Assembly (NCBI GenBank): GCA_029564765.1
Contig: JAKQPK010000023.1
Span: forward strand, 87,084 to 151,083
Length of the DNA stretch: 64,000 nucleotides
Source: Candidatus Omnitrophota bacterium
Lineage (GTDB): Bacteria; Omnitrophota; Gorgyraeia; Zapsychrales; Aceulaceae
Direction of reading: 5' to 3'
How positions within the stretch are numbered: position 1 is the stretch's first letter; every line of letters starts with the position of its first letter. The notes under the pieces were generated by a model. It worked only from the letters and a program-made list of their open reading frames with translations, was not told where the DNA came from and ran no database searches. A program made the position numbers and the translations under genes. Shown here piece after piece: positions 33,092 to 42,265 of this stretch.

Positions 33092-33120
33092 ATTTTACCT
33101 TCACCTCCTTTCATTGTCAA
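33092..33120 (-). promoter_or_regulatory. Candidate sigma70 promoter for pilA (-35 TTGACA, 17-nt spacer, -10 TAAAAT)
   Basis: Minus strand reads TTGACAatgaaaggaggtgaaggTAAAAT, about 140 nt upstream of the pilA ATG. Confidence 0.5.
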
Positions 33121-33216
33121 ACCTGTTTTAGCTTTTATTTCAAACACCCTTCAATGTAAGTATAGCACTTGAAGAAAAGAATTGACTGAAAAGATCGTGG
33201 AAAGGTTTTTGCAGGA

Positions 33217-34248
33217 CTATCTTTGGGTGAAGGTTTTCTCGAGGGATCTTTTCTGGCGATCCAAACTTTTGAGAAGGGCCTGAAGCCTGAGCGATTCCTT
33301 ATTAAGATCGTGATTTGCTTTCTGAAGATTATCGATATCAGATCGTAATAAAAGAATTGCCGGGCTCGCAGGGGCCTTGCGTATCGCTTGCCATTCTTTT
33401 CTTTTGGCGTTGAGCAATTCCTGAAGATCCTCGAGGACGGCCTGAGAGGCGACGAGAGTATCAGAGCCCTCATCAGACCCCTCCTTAGAAAAGGAGGCCG
33501 CGAGAATCTTTCCCTGCTTCTCAACAGCCGCTATTTTTTCTCTTGTACTCACCACTTCTGCTTTTAAATGTTGTCGGTCAAGGTTCGCACAGTTGTAAGC
33601 CAAATAACTATCAATGGCCTGTCGGCTAGCAGTTCTCACATCTTGCCCGAGTCGTTGCCATCCTTGATCCTGAGCGCTAAACCAAGCATCCACCCTACTT
33701 TGACCTTCATCAAGGTAGGCGTTTAGCTGCTGATCTTTTTGTTGGCGAGTAAAGAAACTTTTCTCAATGCCTTCAATGTCTTTCGTAGACTGAGATATGG
33801 TCTTTTGCAGCTCCCGGCTCAATTCTTTTTCCTTGTTAATAGAATTCGCAAGGCTCGCTTTCTCTTGGATCAGGGTCAAATATTTCTTATCAAGATTCCC
33901 AGATTGCTCAAGAAAAAACAGCATTTTCTCCTGGTGATCATTCAGCAAGGCTTCAAGTTCCCTTGATTGAGAGCTCAACAAAACAAGATCTGACAAAAAA
34001 CCATACGCCTGCTGATTTAAGTTCTGGATGGAAGTCTTAAGGCGCATATTCTCAGTTGAAAGCAAGGCATTTGTCCTCTGCAGATCCTTTGTGGCTTGAT
34101 CAAGAGCTTCTAGCCCATGATACCAGCGATCAGCCAGGCGAAAAGGGGCCTGTGCACTATCGAGAGGCTGAGCAAAAGCGCTGGATGCTGCTAGCCATGA
34201 TCCTATTAACAAAAAACAAATCAAACGCACGTTGATCCCTCGCTTCAT
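33217..34248 (-). CDS. Hypothetical secreted Gln/Leu-rich coiled-coil protein (343 aa) encoded inside the pilB-pilC-pilA region
   Basis: Signal peptide (…AASSAFA|QP), extensive heptad-like Q/L/K/E-rich sequence and an internal EGSDEGSD repeat. It starts 2 nt after the pilC stop. I recognise no family. Confidence 0.6.
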   Translation of the reverse strand: MKRGINVRLICFLLIGSWLAASSAFAQPLDSAQAPFRLADRWYHGLEALDQATKDLQRTNALLSTENMRLKTSIQNLNQQAYGFLSDLVLLSSQSRELEALLNDHQEKMLFFLEQSGNLDKKYLTLIQEKASLANSINKEKELSRELQKTISQSTKDIEGIEKSFFTRQQKDQQLNAYLDEGQSRVDAWFSAQDQGWQRLGQDVRTASRQAIDSYLAYNCANLDRQHLKAEVVSTREKIAAVEKQGKILAASFSKEGSDEGSDTLVASQAVLEDLQELLNAKRKEWQAIRKAPASPAILLLRSDIDNLQKANHDLNKESLRLQALLKSLDRQKRSLEKTFTQR

Positions 34249-34249
34249 A

Positions 34250-35458
34250 CTAACGGATAGCTGATGTTAAGCTAATGATCGGTAAAAATAACGCGATAAC
34301 GATGAACCCGACAACGATCCCCAGAAAACCAATGATCAAAGGTTCGATCATGCTGGTCAATCCAGCGACAGCCGCGTCAACTTGGTCCTCGTAGAATTCA
34401 GCGATCTTTGTCAACATGGTATCAAGTTTTCCTGTCTTCTCTCCGACGGAAATCATGCGTGTAACCATCTGCGGAAAAACACCGCTTTGGATCAACGGTT
34501 CAGAAATACTTTCTCCTTCTTGAATATGTTTTGCCGCATCCTCGACCGTTAGCTCAATAACACGGTTTCCAGAACTCTTCCCAACAATGTCCAACGCCGT
34601 TAAAATAGGCACGCCGCTTTGAATCAAGGTCGCCAATGTACGACTAAACCGGCTCAATGCAACCTTTTGGATCAGCGGCCCAAAGATAGGAAGTTTTAAG
34701 CTTATCCTATCTATCTGGAGGCTTCCAGCTTGAGTCTTTTTATAATTCACAAAAAAAACAAAACCAGCGATCCCTGCTAAGACCAACCATAAAAAGCTAG
34801 CCTTCAGATTATCGCTAATAAAAATAAGGATCTGCGTCATTCCCGGCAACTCTTTGCCTAAGGACTCGTAGATCCCCTTAAATGTTGGAACAACTTTTAC
34901 AAGCAAAAGCACTGTGATCAGAACCGCCATGGTGATGACAACGGCTGGATACACCATGGCAGACTTCACTTTGTTGCGAAGCTTTAGCGCTTTCTCCATA
35001 TAGCCAGCGATACGATCCAATAAAGCGCTCAAAGCCCCTCCTGTTTCTCCAGCCTTCACCATGCTGATAAATAAACTGTCAAAAACTCTTACGTGCTTGG
35101 AGAATGAAGCTGAGAGACTATTACCAACAGAAACATCTTCACGAACAGCGCTGATCACACTTTTAAAATATTTCTGGGTCACTTGCTCTTCCAGAGCTTC
35201 CAAGCTTTGCAAGATAGGGATCCCAGCATCGATCATCGTTGAGAGCTGTCGAGTAAAGATCACAAGGTCTTCTGATTTAACCTTTTCTTCGCCAACTGAA
35301 AAATCCTTCAAAGAAAAGCCCCGGTCTTCTTCAACTGAAATAATGATCAAGCTTCGCTTGCGTAACTCCTTAATGACAAGTTCCTTGCTTTCGGCCGTAA
35401 CTTTTCCAGTAACGGTCGTTGCGTTCTCGTCTTTTGCGATGTATTTGAATTTTGCCAT
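34250..35458 (-). CDS. pilC: Type IV pilus inner-membrane platform protein PilC (GspF family)
   Basis: 402 aa with duplicated GspF-type domains and three TM segments, downstream of the pilB ATPases. Confidence 0.9.
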   Translation of the reverse strand: MAKFKYIAKDENATTVTGKVTAESKELVIKELRKRSLIIISVEEDRGFSLKDFSVGEEKVKSEDLVIFTRQLSTMIDAGIPILQSLEALEEQVTQKYFKSVISAVREDVSVGNSLSASFSKHVRVFDSLFISMVKAGETGGALSALLDRIAGYMEKALKLRNKVKSAMVYPAVVITMAVLITVLLLVKVVPTFKGIYESLGKELPGMTQILIFISDNLKASFLWLVLAGIAGFVFFVNYKKTQAGSLQIDRISLKLPIFGPLIQKVALSRFSRTLATLIQSGVPILTALDIVGKSSGNRVIELTVEDAAKHIQEGESISEPLIQSGVFPQMVTRMISVGEKTGKLDTMLTKIAEFYEDQVDAAVAGLTSMIEPLIIGFLGIVVGFIVIALFLPIISLTSAIR

Positions 35459-35493
35459 TACATTTTTCTCCCTATTTTAAAAGCTGACGCTAA

Positions 35494-37200
35494 TCAATCT
35501 TCTGAGGTAACACGCAAAACCTCCTCGACTGTTGTCTTGCCGGACACAAGCTTTTCAACAGCGTCCTCCCACAAGGTTGTCATGCCTTTTTTCATTGCAT
35601 AATCTTTAATAGCCGATGACGATGTTCCTTTGATCAGCATTTCACGGACAGCCTCATCGACTTCTAGAACCTCTAAGATGCCCATACGGCCATAGTATCC
35701 GGTGTGACGACAAAAATCACAACCTTTCGCGGTAAACAATGCCGTTTCCGGCTTGATACGCGTCGCGAAACCTTTGAGAACATGATCAGGAATATCCGCG
35801 GGCTCTTTGCATTTAGGACAAAGTGTCCTGCACAAACGCTGCGCGCAAATCGCAATAACACTTGATGCAACCAAAAAAGATTCAACGCCCATATCCACAA
35901 GACGCGTTAAAGCGCCGGCTGCGTCATTAGTATGCAAAGTAGACAGGACAAGCTGTCCTGTTAAGGATGCCTTGATCGCAATATCTGCTGTTTCTGAGTC
36001 GCGGATCTCTCCCAGCATAACAACGTCAGGACTTTGACGCAAGATGGCACGCAACCCAGAAGCGAATGTCAAGCCAATGTCTGATTTGATCTGGATCTGA
36101 GTCAAGCCATCGACCAGATACTCAACAGGATCTTCAACGGTAATAATATTCTTATCCGGAGTATTCAACTGGCTTATGATCGAATAAAGTGTCGTTGATT
36201 TTCCGCTTCCCGTAGGACCGGTCACAAGGATCATGCCAAAAGGTCGCGCGATCGACTCCTTAAGTCTCTGGGCGGGCCCTGGAGAAAAACTTAGACCATC
36301 AAGCCCCATCGAAAGATTCATTTTGTCTAAAATACGGATAACCACTTTTTGTCCGTAGGTCGTCGGAAGAAGCGATACGCGAAAATCAACTTCGCGAGAT
36401 TGTAGGCGCATTTTAAAGCGTCCATCTTGGGGTATCTGCATCTCCGTAATGTCAACACCAGACATGATCTTGATACGAACGATGATGGCGTTCTGGTTCA
36501 CCTTAGGAATGCTCAAAACCTCCTGCAGAACTCCGTCAACCCGATAACGAACACGCGCATCCGATTCCGCGGGCTCGATGTGGATATCCGAAGCCCGCTG
36601 CTTAATGGCCTCACGGATGATCAGATCGACCATGCGCACAATAGGCGCCTGACCGCTTTCTTCCACATTGATCGCGGCGAACTCCTGAGCGCCTTTATCG
36701 TCTACGACTTGAAAATCTTCCGTATCAATGTCGCGGCTGACCTCAGCGACACTTTGGATGTCGGCTGAACCATAATATTCATCGATCGCTTGCGCGATCT
36801 TCGCATTTTCGCTCAAGACAACATCGACGTTCCTGCCTGTCAAAAGCTTTAGATCGTCAATGGCAAAAATATTAAACGGATCCGATAATGCAACGGTCAC
36901 GGTATTGCCCAACCTCGATATAGGGATGATATGATATTGTCGCGCGATTTTCTCAGAAATGATCTCTTTAAGATTAGGATCGATCTTATATTTTGCGAGA
37001 TTAATAGTCGGGATATTGAGCTCCCGAACCAAAAGGCTTAATAAGTCTTGCTCAGAGATCAGGCCTTTTTCAATAAACGCTTTTTCCAGGCTGATGGATC
37101 TCTTTTTGTGGAGCGTGACGGCCTCTTCTACATCTTTTTCTTTAATGTGATGCAGCTGTGCGAGCGCTTCAAAAACTTTTTCCTTGATCGTTTTGGCCAT
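35494..37200 (-). CDS. pilB: Type IV pilus assembly ATPase PilB (GspE family), 568 aa
   Basis: GspE N-terminal domain, Walker A GPTGSGKST, Asp/His boxes and a tetracysteine motif (CPKC...CDFC). Confidence 0.9.
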   Translation of the reverse strand: MAKTIKEKVFEALAQLHHIKEKDVEEAVTLHKKRSISLEKAFIEKGLISEQDLLSLLVRELNIPTINLAKYKIDPNLKEIISEKIARQYHIIPISRLGNTVTVALSDPFNIFAIDDLKLLTGRNVDVVLSENAKIAQAIDEYYGSADIQSVAEVSRDIDTEDFQVVDDKGAQEFAAINVEESGQAPIVRMVDLIIREAIKQRASDIHIEPAESDARVRYRVDGVLQEVLSIPKVNQNAIIVRIKIMSGVDITEMQIPQDGRFKMRLQSREVDFRVSLLPTTYGQKVVIRILDKMNLSMGLDGLSFSPGPAQRLKESIARPFGMILVTGPTGSGKSTTLYSIISQLNTPDKNIITVEDPVEYLVDGLTQIQIKSDIGLTFASGLRAILRQSPDVVMLGEIRDSETADIAIKASLTGQLVLSTLHTNDAAGALTRLVDMGVESFLVASSVIAICAQRLCRTLCPKCKEPADIPDHVLKGFATRIKPETALFTAKGCDFCRHTGYYGRMGILEVLEVDEAVREMLIKGTSSSAIKDYAMKKGMTTLWEDAVEKLVSGKTTVEEVLRVTSED

Positions 37201-37205
37201 TATTT

Positions 37206-38933
37206 CTATACTTTCTCATCTACGGCTGTCACCCGGACAACTTCTTCTATCGAGGTAAGTCCCACCGCGGCTTTTAACAAAGCATCTTCGCGCATTGTTA
37301 CCATACCTTCCTGTCGAGCCATTTCTTTTATCTTCATTTCCCCTGCATGGTCAAGGATCAGCTTTTTAACAGTGGGTGAAAGCAGCATGACCTCCGTTAT
37401 GCCCACCCGCCCTCGATATCCAAGATCGAAACAATGTCGGCACCCTTTGGCCTTAAAGAATGTTGGTTTATGTTCGAGCTTCATCGTTGAGAGGCCGAGC
37501 TTTTGGACTAAGTAATCTGGGACATCATAAGGCTCTTTGCATTTATCGCACAGCTTACGCAAAAGCCTCTGAGCAACAATGGACAAAACAGACGAACAAA
37601 TAAGAAAAGGCTCAATGCCCATATTCATCATACGAATAATGGACCCAGCGGCTGTTGTGGTATGCAGCGAACTTAAAACTAAGTGTCCCGTAAGGGCCGC
37701 CTTCACCGCCACGTCCAAAGTTTCAAAATCCCTGATCTCCCCGATCATGACAACATCAGGATCCTGGCGCAAGATCGCCCTTAAGGCTGAGGCAAAGGTC
37801 AGGTTGACCTGGGGCTTAATATTAACCTGATTGATCCCTTTCATCTGGTATTCGACCGGATCCTCAACCGTTACAATGTTCTTTTCGGTGGAGTCAATAA
37901 ACTTTAGAACAGAGTACAAGGTTGTTGTTTTCCCGCTTCCAGTCGGCCCGCAAGTCAGGATCATGCCGTGGGGTTTACGTGCGCATTCGCGTAAAACATC
38001 CAATGCTTTCGCGTTAAATCCTAATTTAGTCAGATCTAGCATAGCCGCGTTCTTATCTAAAACTCGCAAGACAACTTTTTCTCCAAAAGCTGTCGGCAGA
38101 ACGCTGACGCGGAAGTCAACCTCTCTCTTTCGGTCTGTCACAGCCTTGAAACGTCCGTCCTGAGGAAGGCGATGCTCAGAAATATCCAGATTGGACATGA
38201 TCTTGATACGGGAGACGACAGGAAAATGGAGCGTTTTTGACATCCGATCAACTTCGCGAATGATACCATCAACACGATAGCGAATGCGCAACGCTTTCTG
38301 TAAAGGCTCAACGAAAATATCGCTGGCTTTCGCAGCAATAGCCTGACGAATGATCGCATCCGTCAATCGGATCGTTGGCGCGTCCTCAGCCAAATTCTCG
38401 ATCTTCTCTTTGTCGATCTGCTTTTGACCTTCTTTGACAAGCTCCATCTCTTCCAAGCTTGAAATATCTTTCATAATATCTTCAAAGGCTTGCATTGCAT
38501 CTTCAGAATAAAAAATACCGATCGCCCTCTCGATCTCTTTAGCAGAAGCTGCAACGCCACATACCTTAAGACCTGTCAACGCATTAATATTGTCGATCGT
38601 TAGCACATCAGAAGGATTAGCCATAGCCAAAAAAAGCGTCCGGCCCAAACGAATAATAGGGACAACTTGATAATTAATGATCACGGATTTTGGCAGGATA
38701 TCAAGGACTTGCTTTTCAACTCTGGCATCAGCGATATCAAAAGATTGACGGCCGATTTTGTCAAGCATCGCTGAAACTAATTTGCTTTCTGAAACAGTAT
38801 CTGATTGAATAAGGATATCCATGAACAGAAGGTTGTCCGCTTCGGCGGTGGATACCGCGCGATCTAACGAAGCGTCATCTACGAGCTTTGCTTCCAGCAG
38901 AAAGCTTTTTAGATATTCAACGGGCGAGAACAT
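37206..38933 (-). CDS. Second full-length PilB/GspE-family secretion ATPase paralog (575 aa)
   Basis: GspE N-domain, Walker A GPTGSGKTTT, a conserved core and a tetracysteine motif (CDKC...CRHC). Tandem to pilB with a 5-nt gap. Confidence 0.88.
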   Translation of the reverse strand: MFSPVEYLKSFLLEAKLVDDASLDRAVSTAEADNLLFMDILIQSDTVSESKLVSAMLDKIGRQSFDIADARVEKQVLDILPKSVIINYQVVPIIRLGRTLFLAMANPSDVLTIDNINALTGLKVCGVAASAKEIERAIGIFYSEDAMQAFEDIMKDISSLEEMELVKEGQKQIDKEKIENLAEDAPTIRLTDAIIRQAIAAKASDIFVEPLQKALRIRYRVDGIIREVDRMSKTLHFPVVSRIKIMSNLDISEHRLPQDGRFKAVTDRKREVDFRVSVLPTAFGEKVVLRVLDKNAAMLDLTKLGFNAKALDVLRECARKPHGMILTCGPTGSGKTTTLYSVLKFIDSTEKNIVTVEDPVEYQMKGINQVNIKPQVNLTFASALRAILRQDPDVVMIGEIRDFETLDVAVKAALTGHLVLSSLHTTTAAGSIIRMMNMGIEPFLICSSVLSIVAQRLLRKLCDKCKEPYDVPDYLVQKLGLSTMKLEHKPTFFKAKGCRHCFDLGYRGRVGITEVMLLSPTVKKLILDHAGEMKIKEMARQEGMVTMREDALLKAAVGLTSIEEVVRVTAVDEKV

Positions 38934-38936
38934 ATA

Positions 38937-39380
38937 TTATCCATAATGTTTCTTGATAGCCGCGCGCACATCTGTCGCCGTGCTGACAAAAGCCTGAACG
39001 GAACAATGCGTCAGCGCCTCAACTTCTTCAATGGAGCCTGTATGCAAAGGATTGGCCATGGCCAAGGTCAAGCTAGCTCCGATCTTATCAATTGGTATCA
39101 GGCAATGCTGACGGCAGACGTCAGCAGAAACAGCTGACAAAACCTCGGGCTCTATCTCATAGTTGGATAACGGAAGATAAGGAAAACCGTACTGGGATGT
39201 CAAGGCCTGAGCAATATCCTCTTCCGAAGCGTACTTAAGGAACATCAGCGCCTCTCCCAGCAGGCCACCTTTCTCCTTCTGATACTCAATGGCTTCCTGC
39301 AACTGGTGGACATTGATCACTCCACGCTCTACAAGAAGATCCCCGATAAATTTTGGATTAATTCGCTTATATCCTTGCAT
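38937..39380 (-). CDS. Standalone T2SS-E N-terminal (MshEN-like) domain protein, 147 aa
   Basis: FIGDLLVERGVINVHQLQEAIEYQ and LLGEALMFLKYASEEDIAQALTSQ resemble the two tandem 24-residue MshEN motifs (xLGxxLLxxGLLxxxxLxxxLxxQ). It sits 3 nt upstream of the ATPase paralog. Confidence 0.7.
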   Translation of the reverse strand: MQGYKRINPKFIGDLLVERGVINVHQLQEAIEYQKEKGGLLGEALMFLKYASEEDIAQALTSQYGFPYLPLSNYEIEPEVLSAVSADVCRQHCLIPIDKIGASLTLAMANPLHTGSIEEVEALTHCSVQAFVSTATDVRAAIKKHYG

Positions 39381-39451
39381 AAGAAACCATATTGGTCTTT
39401 ATATTATCGCATGAATGGATTATTTTCATATAAAACATTAAAAATTTCAAA

Positions 39452-40558
39452 TCAAAACATTTTTCGCTGACGGGCCAAGCTCAACAAAAAACCAAACATC
39501 AAGATGCATACCAGAAAAGACGAACGTCCGTAGCTCACGAACGGCAAGGTGATCCCAACGATAGGACAAAGGCCCAGAACCATGCCAATATTGATGATAA
39601 CCTGAAGGGCAAAGATCGCAACGATGCCTGCCCCCGCCAAGTGGCTAAATTTTTCTTTAGTTTGCTCAACGGCGCGGAGCCCGGACAGGATCAACAGATA
39701 AAAACAAACAACGACAATAACGCTGCCGACAAAACCCCATTCTTCCCCGATCACGGAGAAAATAAAATCCGTATGTCGTTCTGGCAAGAAATTCAGCTGA
39801 TTTTGAGTCCCCGAAAGCCATCCTTTGCCAAAAATCTGACCAGATCCGATAGCGATCTTGGATTGAATAATGGTATAGCCAGCCCCTAATGGATCGACAT
39901 TGGGATTCAAGAAAACAAGCAATCGATCCTTTTGATAAGGCTTCATCATATGCCACAATATCGGCATCGCTAAAAGACACACGCCCAAGAACCCTCCCAA
40001 ATGCTTGGTAGAAACCCCTGCTGCAAAAGCCATAACAAAAAAGATCCCAACCAGCAAAATGGCCGTTCCAAGATCTGGTTGCTTAAAGATAAGGATCGCC
40101 GGAGCGGCCGTCATCGCGAAAGGAATAAAGAAATCAGAAACGATCGCCGGCCTTGACCATGGATTATAAAAGGAAACCTTGGGTTTATGGTCGGTATAAT
40201 AACGCGCCAACGCCAAGATCAAGGAAAGCTTCATAAACTCAGAGGGTTGAAAATTAAAACCAAAAATTTCGATCCATCGCTTTGCACCTAAAGCGTAGTA
40301 TCCGAAAAGAAAGATCGCGACCAGTAAAAAAACGTTGATGCCATAAGCAATATACGCAAGGTCATAGTATCTGCGATGGTCAACACGCCCTAAAAAAAAG
40401 ATCGCGACTACACCTAGAATAGAGAAAACGAGCTGATTATAAAATACTTCCTGTGTGACACGTGAATTCTGAAAAGAGGCGCTAAAAAGAGCAAGCAAGC
40501 CAGAAACGATGATGATCATAAGGCTAACCCACATGGCTTTTTTGAGATCTGATAGCAT
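39452..40558 (-). CDS. rodA: SEDS-family peptidoglycan glycosyltransferase RodA (FtsW/RodA/SpoVE family)
   Basis: 368 aa, polytopic. Adjacent to PBP2 and mreBCD, so assigned as RodA rather than FtsW. Confidence 0.85.
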   Translation of the reverse strand: MLSDLKKAMWVSLMIIIVSGLLALFSASFQNSRVTQEVFYNQLVFSILGVVAIFFLGRVDHRRYYDLAYIAYGINVFLLVAIFLFGYYALGAKRWIEIFGFNFQPSEFMKLSLILALARYYTDHKPKVSFYNPWSRPAIVSDFFIPFAMTAAPAILIFKQPDLGTAILLVGIFFVMAFAAGVSTKHLGGFLGVCLLAMPILWHMMKPYQKDRLLVFLNPNVDPLGAGYTIIQSKIAIGSGQIFGKGWLSGTQNQLNFLPERHTDFIFSVIGEEWGFVGSVIVVVCFYLLILSGLRAVEQTKEKFSHLAGAGIVAIFALQVIINIGMVLGLCPIVGITLPFVSYGRSSFLVCILMFGFLLSLARQRKMF

Positions 40559-42265
40559 CTAAAGGATTTCCAGGGCTTTCATTTCTTTAAGCAATTGCGC
40601 GCTAACACGGCACGCGTTATAACTAGATCCCCCATATTCTAAAAAAACACAGAATGCAATGCGTGTCTTTGCTGATGGGCAATATCCAACGAACCAGGCA
40701 TGATGTTCTTGATTCCCGGAAGACTGGGCTGTTCCTGTCTTGCCGAGAACGAGAAGGTCTTTCATGAAAACAGCGCGCGCCGTCCCTCCTTCGCCTGCGA
40801 CAGCCGCTCGCAAGCCCTCCTTAACTTGGTCTAAAATATTCTTCGGCAAATGAATAACGCGCGCTACTTGCCCCTGGGGTTGCGCATGGGCACCGATGGA
40901 TTGTGCGATATACGGTTGTATTTGGCGGCCATCTCGAGCAACGGTCGCGATCATGTTCACTATCTGGATCGGGGTCACCAAAAGATCACCTTGTCCAATA
41001 GAAAAATTGAGGGTGTCTCCCTTGCTCCATCGTCGAGCACGAAAACCATCTGGATGCGGAACATGGCCGCGTTCTTCATACGGCAGGTCGATCTTTGTAA
41101 AAACCCCTAACCCAAAAAGGCGGGCATACTCTTCCATCAGCTTAGGGCCAATGATAAGGCCTGTATTAAAAAAATAAACATTGCACGAATGACCAAGCCC
41201 CTGCGTAAAATCCTGAGCACCATGGGTATGGGAACAACGAAAGGCGCGATTTCCCAACGTATAAGACCCATGGCAAACAAAGGTCGTATGCGGATTGATC
41301 TTTTTTGTGTAAAGGCCAGCGATCGCTACCGGGATCTTGAACACAGACCCGGGAGGATACTGTCCCCGGATCGCCCGATTGAACAAGGGAGCGCGAGTAT
41401 CGGTAAAATATCGCACGCGATTGTTTGAGGCAGCCTCGCTCGCGAAATCATTAGGATCAAAGCTAGGCGCACTGACCATCCCCAGGATCGCCCCATCGTC
41501 TAAATTCATAACAATGATAACGCCTCGCTGCTCTCGCATCAGCGTCTGAGCTATCTGCTGGATACGCGCGTCAAGCGTGGTCATTACGTCTTCGCCTGGA
41601 TGAGCGACCTTCATACCTAAAACACGAACTTGCTGCCCTCGGTTATTCACCTCGATCTGAAGTCCACCATTGACACCTCTCAACATCTGATCATACTGCT
41701 CTTCGATGCCGGAATAGCCCATTACACCATCTATCGTGTAACCATATTCTTTAAGTCTTTCGATCCGTTCTTGGCTCATTTTAGCAACGTATCCTAGGAC
41801 ATGAGCCCCCGCTTCCCCAAAGGGATAATGCCTGCGAGATCGCACCTGAACGAGAAGGCCAGGAAAACGAAATTTATTCTCTTCTAAAATGATCGCTTTT
41901 TCCCGAGGAACATCCTCCGCGATCACAACAGGGGCGAACGATGCCGTTCTTTTTCTCTGATAGATCGCGTCTATCCTCCCTTGACCAAAGCCTAGGACGC
42001 TTCCCAAAAAAGAAAAGAGCTCATCTCTGTCCTGCAACTCTTGCGGGATGACCAAAACATCGAATGCGGCTAATGTATCAGCTAGGGCGATGCCGTTACG
42101 GTCCAGGATGCGCCCACGATTGGAATGCACGGGAACAACGCGGATACAATTGGAAACGCTCAATTGTTGATAGTATTCACCTTGAAAGATCTGAGTATAA
42201 CCCAAACCAACGATCAAGATGATAAAAGAGAATGTGATAATTACTTTGAAACTTTTAAGGCGCAT
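40559..42265 (-). CDS. mrdA: Penicillin-binding protein 2 (elongasome transpeptidase)
   Basis: 568 aa with an N-terminal TM helix, a PBP dimerisation domain and a transpeptidase domain containing the SVFK motif. Located next to rodA and mreD. Confidence 0.9.
   Translation of the reverse strand: MRLKSFKVIITFSFIILIVGLGYTQIFQGEYYQQLSVSNCIRVVPVHSNRGRILDRNGIALADTLAAFDVLVIPQELQDRDELFSFLGSVLGFGQGRIDAIYQRKRTASFAPVVIAEDVPREKAIILEENKFRFPGLLVQVRSRRHYPFGEAGAHVLGYVAKMSQERIERLKEYGYTIDGVMGYSGIEEQYDQMLRGVNGGLQIEVNNRGQQVRVLGMKVAHPGEDVMTTLDARIQQIAQTLMREQRGVIIVMNLDDGAILGMVSAPSFDPNDFASEAASNNRVRYFTDTRAPLFNRAIRGQYPPGSVFKIPVAIAGLYTKKINPHTTFVCHGSYTLGNRAFRCSHTHGAQDFTQGLGHSCNVYFFNTGLIIGPKLMEEYARLFGLGVFTKIDLPYEERGHVPHPDGFRARRWSKGDTLNFSIGQGDLLVTPIQIVNMIATVARDGRQIQPYIAQSIGAHAQPQGQVARVIHLPKNILDQVKEGLRAAVAGEGGTARAVFMKDLLVLGKTGTAQSSGNQEHHAWFVGYCPSAKTRIAFCVFLEYGGSSYNACRVSAQLLKEMKALEIL

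Noticed and set aside
33135-33524. 129-aa minus-strand ORF spanning the pilA promoter region and the end of the coiled-coil gene
   Set aside because: It overlaps the 3' end of a better-supported gene in another frame and covers the promoter and leader of pilA. Its composition is Arg/Ser/Pro-rich and non-protein-like.
39452-40558. FtsW as the identity of the SEDS protein
   Set aside because: Its position immediately next to PBP2 (mrdA) and mreBCD argues for RodA. No fts or mur division-cluster genes are adjacent.
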